Shown here: positions 9,701-17,851 of the stretch, one piece after another
How the letters are laid out: every line of letters starts with the position of its first letter
Position numbering within the stretch: position 1 is the stretch's first letter
Source of the DNA: Planctomycetota bacterium
GTDB lineage: Bacteria; Planctomycetota; UBA11346
DNA: 28,359 nucleotides
Reading direction: 5' to 3'
NCBI GenBank assembly: GCA_038213805.1
Contig: JBBQSO010000068.1
Location: 1-28,359, forward strand
Notes under the pieces: model-generated
The model's database searches: none
What the model was told of the DNA's origin: nothing
What the model saw: only the letters and a program-made list of their open reading frames with translations
Program-made: the position numbers and the translations under genes

Positions 9701-11200
9701 CGCGCCCGCCGCCTGCGGCGAGGCGTAGAAGACCGTGGGGTTGGGGATGATGTCCGGCCGCGATGAGATCGCGGTGACGGTCAGCACCTGCGCAGCCTCG
9801 TTGGCCGGACCGGCGCTGATGCCGGCGATCTGCACGGTCTGGGCCGGGTCGTCCTCATTGATCACCAGGTCGGCGAGCGCGGCCAGGGTCGGGCGCTGGT
9901 TGACCGGCACGATCGTGAGCTGGAAGGTGCGACTAAAGGTGTCGAGCGACCCGAACGCGGTACCACCATCGTCATGCACGGTCACCGTCACCGTGGCGGT
10001 GCCGAACTCGAACGCGACCGGCGCGAGCATCAGCGTTCCGGTCGCCTGCGCGCTGGTGTAGACCACGGTCGGGTTGAGCAGGATCGCGGGGTTGCTTGAC
10101 GTGGCGGTCACGGTCAGGTTCTGCGCCACCAGGTCGCCGCCGTCGCCGATCCCGGTGAGCGGGATGCTGAGCAGACCCGAGTTCTCGAGCACGCTGCGGT
10201 CGGCGAGCACGTCGAGGGTCGGCGTGTGGTTGCGCGCCTGCACGCCCAGGACGCAGAACACCGTCGGACTGTCGAGCGCGCCATCGTTGACCACCACCGT
10301 CACCTGGCGGTTTCCGCCGATCGGCGGCGAGCCGACGTTGTCGTAGGTCAGGGTGCGCAGCACCGCCTGATACGCGGCCAGCGACGCGCTGCCGGTCAGG
10401 GTCAGCACCCCAGTCGCCGCGTCGAAGCTCTTGCTGATGCCGCCCTGCACGGTGGCGTCGAGCCGCTCGGCGGCGCCGTCCTGGCGCGCGGTGATGGTCG
10501 CGGTCGCCGAGACCAGGGTGGCGTTGTCCGGGTCGGCGACGGTCAGGGCGGTGGCATCGACCACCACCACCGCGCCTTGTCCCTCGATGAACAGCGCGGC
10601 GAAGTTGCCGCCGGCGACCAGCGGGCCATTGAGATCGAGGGCCGGCGCGTTGTTGACCGGGATCATGGTCAGCACGCAGTTTGCCGCGAGGCTGTCGACA
10701 AACCCGTCATTGACGATGACGGAGATGACGCGGGCGGTGGCGCTCGGATTCAGCGAACTGTTGTCGTAGACCAACGAACGCAACACCGCCTGGTAGTGGG
10801 CGACGGTGTCGACACCGCTCAGGGTGAGCAGGCCGGTGCTGGCATCGTAGCTCTTGGCGATCGCCGTGCCGGTGATCACCGCGTCGAGCAGTTCGGCGCC
10901 ACCGTCGAGCTGGTTGGTGATGCGCACGCGCGCACCCACCACCGTGTCCTGGATCAGGTCGGTGAGGGTCGCCGCGGCCGGATCGGCGATCGCCACCGCT
11001 CCGCCCGCCTCGGTGAAGGTCGCGGCGTAGTCGGCGCCGGCGACCAGCGCCCCATTGAGATCGACCACCGCCGGCTGCTGCGCGATGGTGAAGGAGGCGT
11101 TCACGTCGAGGGCCGCCGCATAGGGCGCACAGATCAGCGCGGCCATGCCCAGTAGGGCACGGACGAACAGCTGGCGCAGATGCGGCAGGCGGAGGGGCAT
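6788..11200 (-). CDS. Large secreted adhesin-like protein with cadherin/Ig-like repeats (adhesin A, 1470 aa)
   Basis: Signal peptide ending AAA. Repeats with VNNAP/VNQRP/VDQAP linkers, ~125-aa QALLR..F repeats, a CSPG/Cadherin_3-like unit (FTQAEIN.G.L.Y) and a Big_9-like unit (PTHG..Y.P..GYTG.D.FTF.VSDG). Confidence 0.85.
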   Translation of the reverse strand: MPLRLPHLRQLFVRALLGMAALICAPYAAALDVNASFTIAQQPAVVDLNGALVAGADYAATFTEAGGAVAIADPAAATLTDLIQDTVVGARVRITNQLDGGAELLDAVITGTAIAKSYDASTGLLTLSGVDTVAHYQAVLRSLVYDNSSLNPSATARVISVIVNDGFVDSLAANCVLTMIPVNNAPALDLNGPLVAGGNFAALFIEGQGAVVVVDATALTVADPDNATLVSATATITARQDGAAERLDATVQGGISKSFDAATGVLTLTGSASLAAYQAVLRTLTYDNVGSPPIGGNRQVTVVVNDGALDSPTVFCVLGVQARNHTPTLDVLADRSVLENSGLLSIPLTGIGDGGDLVAQNLTVTATSSNPAILLNPTVVYTSAQATGTLMLAPVAFEFGTATVTVTVHDDGGTAFGSLDTFSRTFQLTIVPVNQRPTLAALADLVINEDDPAQTVQIAGISAGPANEAAQVLTVTAISSRPDIIPNPTVFYASPQAAGALQFTPLAHQSGVVTIFVQVADNGGTANGGRDRVARSFTVTVTPKSHVPVLVTDAGLTVAVHGSGVISYLALETQDFGPASSLVYHLSALPTDGLLELGGTALTLSDTFTQAEINSGLLSYVNTGFVAGSDGFQFTVVNAQGNSLPVTAFPITISGAAVGTTPAVTLPGPAVTWVQGGGPVVLDGGATVVDASGTLAGGNLQISLIANGSAGDLLAVRSVGNGLGQIAVAGSTVNYEGTPIGTLSGGSGAALVVTLAAAADPTAVQALLRSITFDNADAAPSAATRRAQVVLDNGAGGISAPAGKDIIVQPVDQAPVVTLPSRAITYVEGSGARVLDPTATFSDADSPQLTGGTLVATWTAGAGVDDQLTVRNQGAGANQVSVVGNAISFNGAVVGFSSGGVDGGPLTIVFTSQATPAIAQALLRNLSFTNVSSNPSIANRVLSVVANDGVGGVSVPAVLTVIFSAVNNAPVVTLPSPAATYQQGQGVLPVDALATISDPDTAAYPTGFLVVEFTSGATVDDQLLFTSTGSGPGQIAVNGGVVSYEGTAFGVVSGTGTATNPLLVRFDANATVAATQALLRQAAFLDAALPPVGGVRTVQVTLNDGAGTSSVPVTKTIAVQIVDVPPVVTLPSAPGTWTEGDAPLAIDAAATLTDADSAAFPGGSLTISLANGVAGDVLDLRDDGTGAGQIGVAGGTVTFAGTAIGTFTGGSGGAPLVLALNAQATPAATQAALRNVRFTHNGVFTVGSVRTVQVVANDGQAASVVATTTITLVPVPTALDVTLYAVSDLPTSGLLPASGPLGHVLTWQLVSAPTHGTATLLDAATGLVGYAPVAGYTGNDAFTFAVSDGINTSTPATATVVVSSRLAAARPQVVTSPPREGFLGTPLVYALVADATLLPAGADLQFQIVGAPSGVTVTKTGAATATVSWTAGGAPEVHQEIGILIVDPVSGSATFQAIQVLFHAGVGSNG

Positions 11201-11202
11201 GT

Positions 11203-12174
11203 TCAGGGCTTGGTAGCAGCGGGCGGGGCGCTGTAGCGGAGACGGATGAGTTCGCTGCGTTCGTAGTCGGCGCCGGCGAGGTGGCGGCGCTGCTTGGCGG
11301 AGAGGCCGGGTCCGGCGCGGCGGGCGAGGAACAGCACCTCGTCAACCTGCTCGTCCGCTTGCAGCGCGCGGGCGGGCTTGGCCGCCAGGTGCAGCAGGCG
11401 GGTGGCACCGGGGGCGAGGGTGAAGGAGGCGGTATCGGGAAGCGCCCAGTCCTGATCCATCAGCCCGGTCTGGCGCGCGCCGAAGAAGCGGTTGCGACGC
11501 TCCTCCTCGCCTGCTCCGTACGCCTGGCGCAGGGTCAACAGGTCATACGTGGCGGGATGATCGTCATGGTTGGTGATCTCGACCTCGCCGCTCCAGCCGC
11601 CGTCGCCGTGCGGCACCATCTCGACCCGGCCAGGGGCGAGGGCGATGCCAGCGGCATGTTCGAGCGCCCCAGGATGGGGGTCGACCGCTGTCTCGATCAT
11701 CACACGCGCGCGCACCCGCAGCGCTGCGCCCAGGGCTGCGGTCGACTTGGGGCCAGCCTCGACATAGAGCATGAAGTGGCGGTTGGCGAGCTCGGGCTTT
11801 AAGGGGATGTCCAGCGTGACCCCGGCATGCGCCGTGCCGTGCGCCGGAACCTTCAGCACATTGTGGTCGAGGTGTACCCAGGACGCGTCGGGCAGCGGTT
11901 CGTAACCCGCTTCGTAGGAGGCGATCTCGTCCGGGCCGGGGACGATAGCCACCAGTTCGAAATCCTCGTCCGTACCGCCGGCGTTGCTGACCTGAATGTT
12001 CAGGCCCTGCGCACCGAGATCGAGCCGCACGCCGGGCGGCGCGTCCTCAATCAGAACGATGCCTGGCGAGATGCCCAGACCGCCGCCATCGGCCGCCATC
12101 ACTGCTGAAGCAGAGAACAGGCCACAGGTGATAAAGGCGACGAGCGGGTGCCGTCGATGATGATGCAAATGCAT
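11203..12174 (-). CDS. Secreted protein with two PapD/DUF916-like Ig domains (putative fimbrial chaperone)
   Basis: ATG 12174 with RBS GAAAGGGGG and a signal peptide. Two related halves: GLGISPG..VSN..SWV..LKVPAHG and GIALAPG..ITN..DWA..FTLAPG. Confidence 0.6.
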   Translation of the reverse strand: MHLHHHRRHPLVAFITCGLFSASAVMAADGGGLGISPGIVLIEDAPPGVRLDLGAQGLNIQVSNAGGTDEDFELVAIVPGPDEIASYEAGYEPLPDASWVHLDHNVLKVPAHGTAHAGVTLDIPLKPELANRHFMLYVEAGPKSTAALGAALRVRARVMIETAVDPHPGALEHAAGIALAPGRVEMVPHGDGGWSGEVEITNHDDHPATYDLLTLRQAYGAGEEERRNRFFGARQTGLMDQDWALPDTASFTLAPGATRLLHLAAKPARALQADEQVDEVLFLARRAGPGLSAKQRRHLAGADYERSELIRLRYSAPPAATKP

Positions 12175-12215
12175 GTTGCCCCCCTTTCGGTGGGTTGATG
12201 TGTAGTGCCCGCTGC

Positions 12216-12812
12216 TCAGAACGCAGTGCCGAGGAAGGTAAACGTCACGGTCTTGCCTGCACCCACACCACCGGTGAAGGAGCTCGGCACGGTGAAGGCG
12301 AACCATATCGAAAGGGTCGAGGCGGTCTCGGCGACGGTAGCAAATGCGTTTGAGCCAGCGACCAGGGTACCCGCGGTGAACACCGCCGCGGTATCGGCCG
12401 GAGGCGTGTTGTTGGCGGTGCATGCGGCAACAAACTGGTTGGCACCCGCCGAGGCGCCGGCAGCCCATCCGGCCGAGGTCGGGGTGACTGTCAGGACCAC
12501 AGCGTCGCCAGTCAGGGTTTGGTTGGTGATGACGAGCGTGGTACCGTCCGCGAGCGGCCAACCGGCGCCGTTGGTTTTGCTGAGGGCGTTGGTGACCGTG
12601 CTGAAACTCGCGCCGAGAGTGGCGAGACCAATTGGCCAGGAAACAGGAGCGGTTCCCGAAACGCCTCCGGTTCCACCCCAGACGATGCTGACGTCCTTTG
12701 AGACGGTGAACGTGGTGTTCACGACGAGCGAAGACGCAGCATCAGCGTGCTGGACGATCGCAGCGCCGGCGAGCAGCGCGAGGATGGGGATGAGGCGGTT
12801 GCGGCGTTTCAT
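12216..12812 (-). CDS. Small secreted beta-rich pilin/WxL-like fibre subunit (198 aa)
   Basis: ATG 12812; signal peptide MKRRNRLIPILALLAGAAIVQHADA. Mature part is T/A/G/V-rich with alternating strands and ends KTVTFTFLGTAF. Confidence 0.6.
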   Translation of the reverse strand: MKRRNRLIPILALLAGAAIVQHADAASSLVVNTTFTVSKDVSIVWGGTGGVSGTAPVSWPIGLATLGASFSTVTNALSKTNGAGWPLADGTTLVITNQTLTGDAVVLTVTPTSAGWAAGASAGANQFVAACTANNTPPADTAAVFTAGTLVAGSNAFATVAETASTLSIWFAFTVPSSFTGGVGAGKTVTFTFLGTAF

Positions 12813-13405
12813 GGCAGTGGCTTTCGGTTTTGGGTGCAGGGGACGTAGGATGGAGCGGAATGACATGGCGGGATTCCTTGGCGATGCGGTCTGAGACCGC
12901 GGGATTGGTGGAAGGATAGGGCTTGGAGAACTCAGCAGTGTACCCCCTGCGACCATTGGGAGCAACCCCACCCGAGACCCTTTGTGAGGTTCTGAACAAC
13001 CTTTCATCTCGATATTGAGACTTTGGTTACGTCGATTCGCTACAGCTGCATCAATTTGCGAACGGTCGCCTGCTTGCGAAAACTCCGCCTATCCTGCGCA
13101 GTGCGAGGCCAGCTTGCGCAGAGCTTGCCGGTGCGAACGAGCGCTGACTGGACGGCAGGCGAACGGACGCATTGCGCTGCGCTGGCACGGACGCGAGCCG
13201 CCTGATCTGCGTCTCGCCCACGCAGGCGAGGAAGGAGGGCGGTGCTGAGGCGGTGCTGATTGAAGGGTACACATCAGCGCACCATGCAGCGAATGCTCGT
13301 GCATGGCTGGTGATCCAGGCGCGCCGGGATCAGAGCATCCACGAAGGCACCCCGATGGTGTCACCGCGCATGTCCTTCAACGCTGCAGAGCAGCCTGCGA
13401 CGACT

Positions 13406-14293
13406 TTAAGGCTGGTAGACGAAACGCACCCCGACCAGCAGGTGCTTCGTCGCCCGATCGATGTCGGCGCGGTTGGCCGCGCGCGCGGTCGAGACCGGAT
13501 CGTTCCACGAGCCGCCGCGCAGGTGCGATTCCGCGCTCAGTTCGGAGACATTGCCGTGCAGATCGTAGAAGCCGAGGGTCGACGGTGCGAAGCCAGCGAC
13601 CGGCTGCGCACCGCGCGTGGCGCCGGCGGTTTCGGCGACCAGGGCGTTGGCTGTCACCACCGCCGGTGCCAAGCTCTCACCCCAGGCGTAGGTGCTGGTG
13701 GTACCCGCGCGCGCAGCGATCTCCCACTGCACGTCGCTGGGCACCGCGAGGTGCACACTGCGGGCGGCCAGATAGCCCTGGCAGGCGGTATTGGCCAGGT
13801 CGAGGCTGATGCCGATCGCCGGATAGGTGTCGCCGACGCGGACGTCCTCCGGCCCGGTCGCGGAGATCAGCGTGGTCCAAGGCGTGCTCGCCGCGATCAC
13901 CTGCCACTGCGCCTGCGTGGTTTCGAATACGGCCAGGTAGAAGCGGTCCGGTGCCACTGCCGCCGCGCCCTGGTCCACACCCGTACCCAGTCCGACGCTG
14001 GCGGTGCCGACCGCGCCGGGCAGGTGCACGCGGCGGAACACCATCGAGGTGGTACGATAGAGCGGATTGCTCAGCAGGTCGGGGACCTGGCCGGCGGGAT
14101 GGACCGTGCCGGTGAGCAGATCCAGGATCTGGTAGCTGGCGCGGGACTTGGCGATCGCAGAGCTGAGCCCGGTATCCTGCGAGCCGGTGCCGGAACCGCC
14201 GCAGCCTCCGAGCACCAGCGCGCCGATCACCAGCGCTGCGGCGCAGACGCCACTCCGTGCAGAAATCGTGCACATGGTTCTGGACATGGTCAT
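13406..14293 (-). CDS. SUMF1/FGE-sulfatase-fold lipoprotein (copy B)
   Basis: Lipobox LVLGG-C. Collinear paralogue of 5901-6791, with ATGA overlap to the upstream adhesin. Confidence 0.85.
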   Translation of the reverse strand: MTMSRTMCTISARSGVCAAALVIGALVLGGCGGSGTGSQDTGLSSAIAKSRASYQILDLLTGTVHPAGQVPDLLSNPLYRTTSMVFRRVHLPGAVGTASVGLGTGVDQGAAAVAPDRFYLAVFETTQAQWQVIAASTPWTTLISATGPEDVRVGDTYPAIGISLDLANTACQGYLAARSVHLAVPSDVQWEIAARAGTTSTYAWGESLAPAVVTANALVAETAGATRGAQPVAGFAPSTLGFYDLHGNVSELSAESHLRGGSWNDPVSTARAANRADIDRATKHLLVGVRFVYQP

Positions 14294-17200
14294 CCGCTCC
14301 CCCCTGCCGCCGCATGGAACAGCACCTGCACGGCTTGGCTGGCCGCGGCGCCGCTCACCGCATCGCTGATCAGGATGATGATCTCCTGATGTTCCTCGGG
14401 CGTGCCGGTGGCGGTCCAGGTCACGGTCGCGGTGGTCGGGCCGGTTCTGGTCACGGCCACGCCGGCAGGTGCGCCAACCGCCTGGAAGACCAGGTCAGAA
14501 CCCGGCGGCAGCAGGCTGGTGTCGGCGACCAGGTCGTAGGTCAGGGGCGAACCCAGGAAGCCTTCGCGCGGCGGGCTGGTCAGAACCTGCGGGCGCGCCG
14601 CGGCGAGTGGCACCGCGACCAGCATGGTCACCGTCGCCGGCGCGGAGACGGTGACCCCGTCGCTGACCGTGACGGTGAAGGAATCGCTGCCGGTGAAACC
14701 GGCGGCGGGCGTGTAGCGCACCGCGCCGGTGGTCGCGTCGAGCAGCGTGGCAGTGCCACGCGCCGGCTGGCTGGCCAGGGCCCAGGTCAGCGCGCCCCCC
14801 TCGGGATCGCTGCCCACCAGCAGTCCGTCGCGGGCGAGGTCCTGGACGGCGCCGAAGGTCACCGCGCTGGCGGTGGGCGGATCGTCGACCGGCACCAGAT
14901 CGACGACCGCGCCGGCAGTGTTGCCATCCGCCTGGCCATCGTTGGCCACCACGGCAAAATTACGCGTCTCTGCACTGGTGAACTCGCCGACGTGGCTGAA
15001 GACCACCGCGCGTAGCACCGCTTGGGCCGCGCCAGGCGTCGACAGCGGGCCGAAGCTGACTACCAGCGGCGAGCCGGGGCCGGCTCCGCCGGCATAGGTG
15101 CCGACGGCGATGCCGCTGACCAGCACCGACCCATTGCTGGTCGCGACCTGTCCGGCGCCAACGCCCGAGCTGCGCAGGTCGAGCACGTCCCCCGCGACCG
15201 CGTCGCTGCCGGTCACGGTCAGCGAACCGCCGTTGAAGGTCGCCGAATCGATGTCGCCGAGTACTGCGCCCGGTGCGATCGCGACCGGCAGATCGTGCTC
15301 CGTCCAGGTCGCAGGCGGATCCGGCAGCGACAGCGATGGCGCCACGTTCACCGCCTGCACGGTGACGATGCTGGTCACCGGTAGGCTGGTGCCGCCAGCG
15401 CCGTCGGTAAGCACCACCCGCACGGTGCGCGGCCCCCCCACCGGCGGCACTGCGACGTCGGCGAAGGCGAGCTGCCGCAGCAACGCCTGGGTTGCTGCGA
15501 GGGTCGCGGACGCGTTCAGACGCACCAGCAAGGGGCCGCCGATGGTGCCCGGTGCAGTGAGGATGCCGATCGGCACGCCTTCATAGAGTACGTCGCTGCC
15601 GCTGACCGAGATCTGCCCGGTGCCGGTGCCCTGACTGAGCACGGTGAGCTGGTCGTCGGCGGTCGCACCCGCGGTGAAATCGACCACCAGCAGGCCGGTG
15701 GGATAGGTCGGGGTGTCGATGTCGGTGAGACTGGCCAGCCCATCAAGCGCCTGCGGGGGCGCCCCCTGCAGGTAGAGCAGCCCCGGCGACGGCAGGGTCA
15801 CCACCGGCGGGTTGTCGACGGCTTCTACCACCACGGTCAGGGCTGCGGGCACCGAGACCCCGCCAGCGCCGTCACTGATCACCACCGCAAGCTGGCGCAG
15901 CGCGAGCGACGGGGTCGCCGAGGTGTTCGTGAAGGCAAGATTACGCAGGATCGCCTGGGCGATGGCCGGTGTCGCCTGAGCGGTGAAGGTTACGGTCAAG
16001 GCCGCGCCGGCAGCGCCCCCGGCGACGGTGGCCACATTCACACCGTCGACGCTGATCGACGTGCCGACGACGTGCACCTGCCCAGCCCCCGCGCCCTGGT
16101 CGCGGATGGTCAACTGGTCGTCGACCGTGGCGTTCGCCGTCCAGGTCGCGACCAGAGTCCCACTGGCGAATGCCGGCGAGTCGGGATCGATGACCGTGGC
16201 ACCGCCATCCAGCACCTGCGCACCGCTGCCTTCGAGATAGGCGACGGTGCGCGCCGGCAGATCGACCAGCGGCGCCTGGTTGACCGGCTGCACCTGCACG
16301 TCCTTGGTCACGGCCGCGCTCGTGCCGCCGGTGCCGTTGGTCAGCAGCACCTGCACGCGGCGCGCGGCGGCGCTCGGTGCGGCATCGCCGCTCGCGAACA
16401 GCAGGTTGCGCAGCAGTTCCTGCACGCCAGCCGGCGTGGCGGTACCGGCAAGCACCACCACCAGATCGCTGCCCACGCCGCCGCTGACGCTGCCGATGGT
16501 CGCACCCTGATACGTGACGATGCCGCCCGAGATCGCGACCTGCCCCGGACCGCTGCCGACGCTGCGGAACGACAGCAGGTCGCCGGCGCTGGCGTTCTGG
16601 GTCTCGTGCACGACCAGGGTGCCGCCGACCAGGCTGCCGGGATCGGCGACGGTGGCGGTGGCGTCGACCACCACCGCGCTGCCGCCCTGCACCCAGGTCG
16701 GCGGCGCCCCCGGCAGCGTCACCACCGGCGTGGTGGTGGCGAGATTGCCGGCGATGGTGATGGCGAAGGCGGTCGGCGCCAGGGCGTTGCCATCGCTGTT
16801 GGTGACGGTGAAGGTGAAGCCATCGCTCTCAGCGACGCTGCCAGTATGCGCGTAGAGCAGCAAGCCGGCGTCGATGTCGGCCTGGGTGAAGGTCGCGCCG
16901 GCACCGAGCGCGATCCCGGCGCGGCTGAGCGCGCCCTTGGTCGGCGGGGCAGCGAGATGGTAGACGAGCTGCGCCGGTGCGCCGAAATCACTGACCGTCA
17001 GCTTCGCAGAGGACACCACCGCGGCACCACGGATGGGTAGAGACAAACCGGTGTTCACCGTCACCACCGGAGTATGCGGAATGGCGGCGATGGTGACGTT
17101 GAAGGTCAGCAGGGTGCTTGCGTTGCCGCCATTGGCAGTGCCGCCGTCGTCGCCGACGGTGACCAGGATCACCGCGCTGCCACTGACGTGCGCAGTGGGC

Positions 17201-17841
17201 GTGAAGGTCAGGGTCGCGCTCGCGCCAGGACTGGCGTAGCCGACTGCGATGGCGGGGATCAGGTCGGGACGCGAGGACAGCGCCGCGACGCTGACCACCT
17301 GCCCGGATTCGTTCGCCGGCCCGGCGGCGATGCCGGTCAGGGTCACGACCTGCTGCGGCGCGTCCTCGCTGAGCGCGACATCGCCGGGCTGGGCGACCAC
17401 GGGTGGATCGTTCACCGGCAGCACGGTGACCGTGAAGGTGCGCGTGCGGGTGCCGGTCGGGAAGCCGTTGTCGCTCACCGTCACCGTCACCGTGGCGGTC
17501 CCGAAGGCGTCGGGCACCGGGGCGATGCGCAGCGTCGCGGTGGCCGCCGGACTGGCATAGACCACCGTGGGATCGAGCAGCACGCTGTGATCGCTCGACA
17601 CCGCGCTGACGGTCAGCACCTGCCCACCATCGCCACCGTCGCCGATGCCGGTCAAGGCGATGCCCTGCACGCCGCTGTCCTCGGTGAGGGTCAGCGGCGC
17701 CACCACGTCGAGGGTCGGCGTCTGGTTGGCACCCGCGGCCTGCGGCGCCGCCAGCACCAGCAGTGGCGCCAGCGCGAGCAGCCGCCGCAGGGTCGGCGGC
17801 AGCGCGCGCAGGTACGCAGGATGACGACTGGGACCGCGCAT
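14290..17841 (-). CDS. Large secreted cadherin/Ig-repeat adhesin-like protein (adhesin B, ~1183 aa)
   Basis: Likely start ATG 17841, 10 nt after the kinase stop; signal peptide ..LLALAPLLVLAAPQAAGA. Collinear with adhesin A from NxTPTLDV to the C-terminus. Confidence 0.85.
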   Translation of the reverse strand: MRGPSRHPAYLRALPPTLRRLLALAPLLVLAAPQAAGANQTPTLDVVAPLTLTEDSGVQGIALTGIGDGGDGGQVLTVSAVSSDHSVLLDPTVVYASPAATATLRIAPVPDAFGTATVTVTVSDNGFPTGTRTRTFTVTVLPVNDPPVVAQPGDVALSEDAPQQVVTLTGIAAGPANESGQVVSVAALSSRPDLIPAIAVGYASPGASATLTFTPTAHVSGSAVILVTVGDDGGTANGGNASTLLTFNVTIAAIPHTPVVTVNTGLSLPIRGAAVVSSAKLTVSDFGAPAQLVYHLAAPPTKGALSRAGIALGAGATFTQADIDAGLLLYAHTGSVAESDGFTFTVTNSDGNALAPTAFAITIAGNLATTTPVVTLPGAPPTWVQGGSAVVVDATATVADPGSLVGGTLVVHETQNASAGDLLSFRSVGSGPGQVAISGGIVTYQGATIGSVSGGVGSDLVVVLAGTATPAGVQELLRNLLFASGDAAPSAAARRVQVLLTNGTGGTSAAVTKDVQVQPVNQAPLVDLPARTVAYLEGSGAQVLDGGATVIDPDSPAFASGTLVATWTANATVDDQLTIRDQGAGAGQVHVVGTSISVDGVNVATVAGGAAGAALTVTFTAQATPAIAQAILRNLAFTNTSATPSLALRQLAVVISDGAGGVSVPAALTVVVEAVDNPPVVTLPSPGLLYLQGAPPQALDGLASLTDIDTPTYPTGLLVVDFTAGATADDQLTVLSQGTGTGQISVSGSDVLYEGVPIGILTAPGTIGGPLLVRLNASATLAATQALLRQLAFADVAVPPVGGPRTVRVVLTDGAGGTSLPVTSIVTVQAVNVAPSLSLPDPPATWTEHDLPVAIAPGAVLGDIDSATFNGGSLTVTGSDAVAGDVLDLRSSGVGAGQVATSNGSVLVSGIAVGTYAGGAGPGSPLVVSFGPLSTPGAAQAVLRAVVFSHVGEFTSAETRNFAVVANDGQADGNTAGAVVDLVPVDDPPTASAVTFGAVQDLARDGLLVGSDPEGGALTWALASQPARGTATLLDATTGAVRYTPAAGFTGSDSFTVTVSDGVTVSAPATVTMLVAVPLAAARPQVLTSPPREGFLGSPLTYDLVADTSLLPPGSDLVFQAVGAPAGVAVTRTGPTTATVTWTATGTPEEHQEIIILISDAVSGAAASQAVQVLFHAAAGGSG

Positions 17842-17851
17842 GGCGCCGGAC

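Noticed and set aside
5901..14293. Active formylglycine-generating enzymes or GldJ/GldK of a T9SS
   Set aside because: The catalytic Cys pair after RGGS is absent, no sulfatase or T9SS genes are nearby, and the proteins are shorter than typical Gld lipoproteins.
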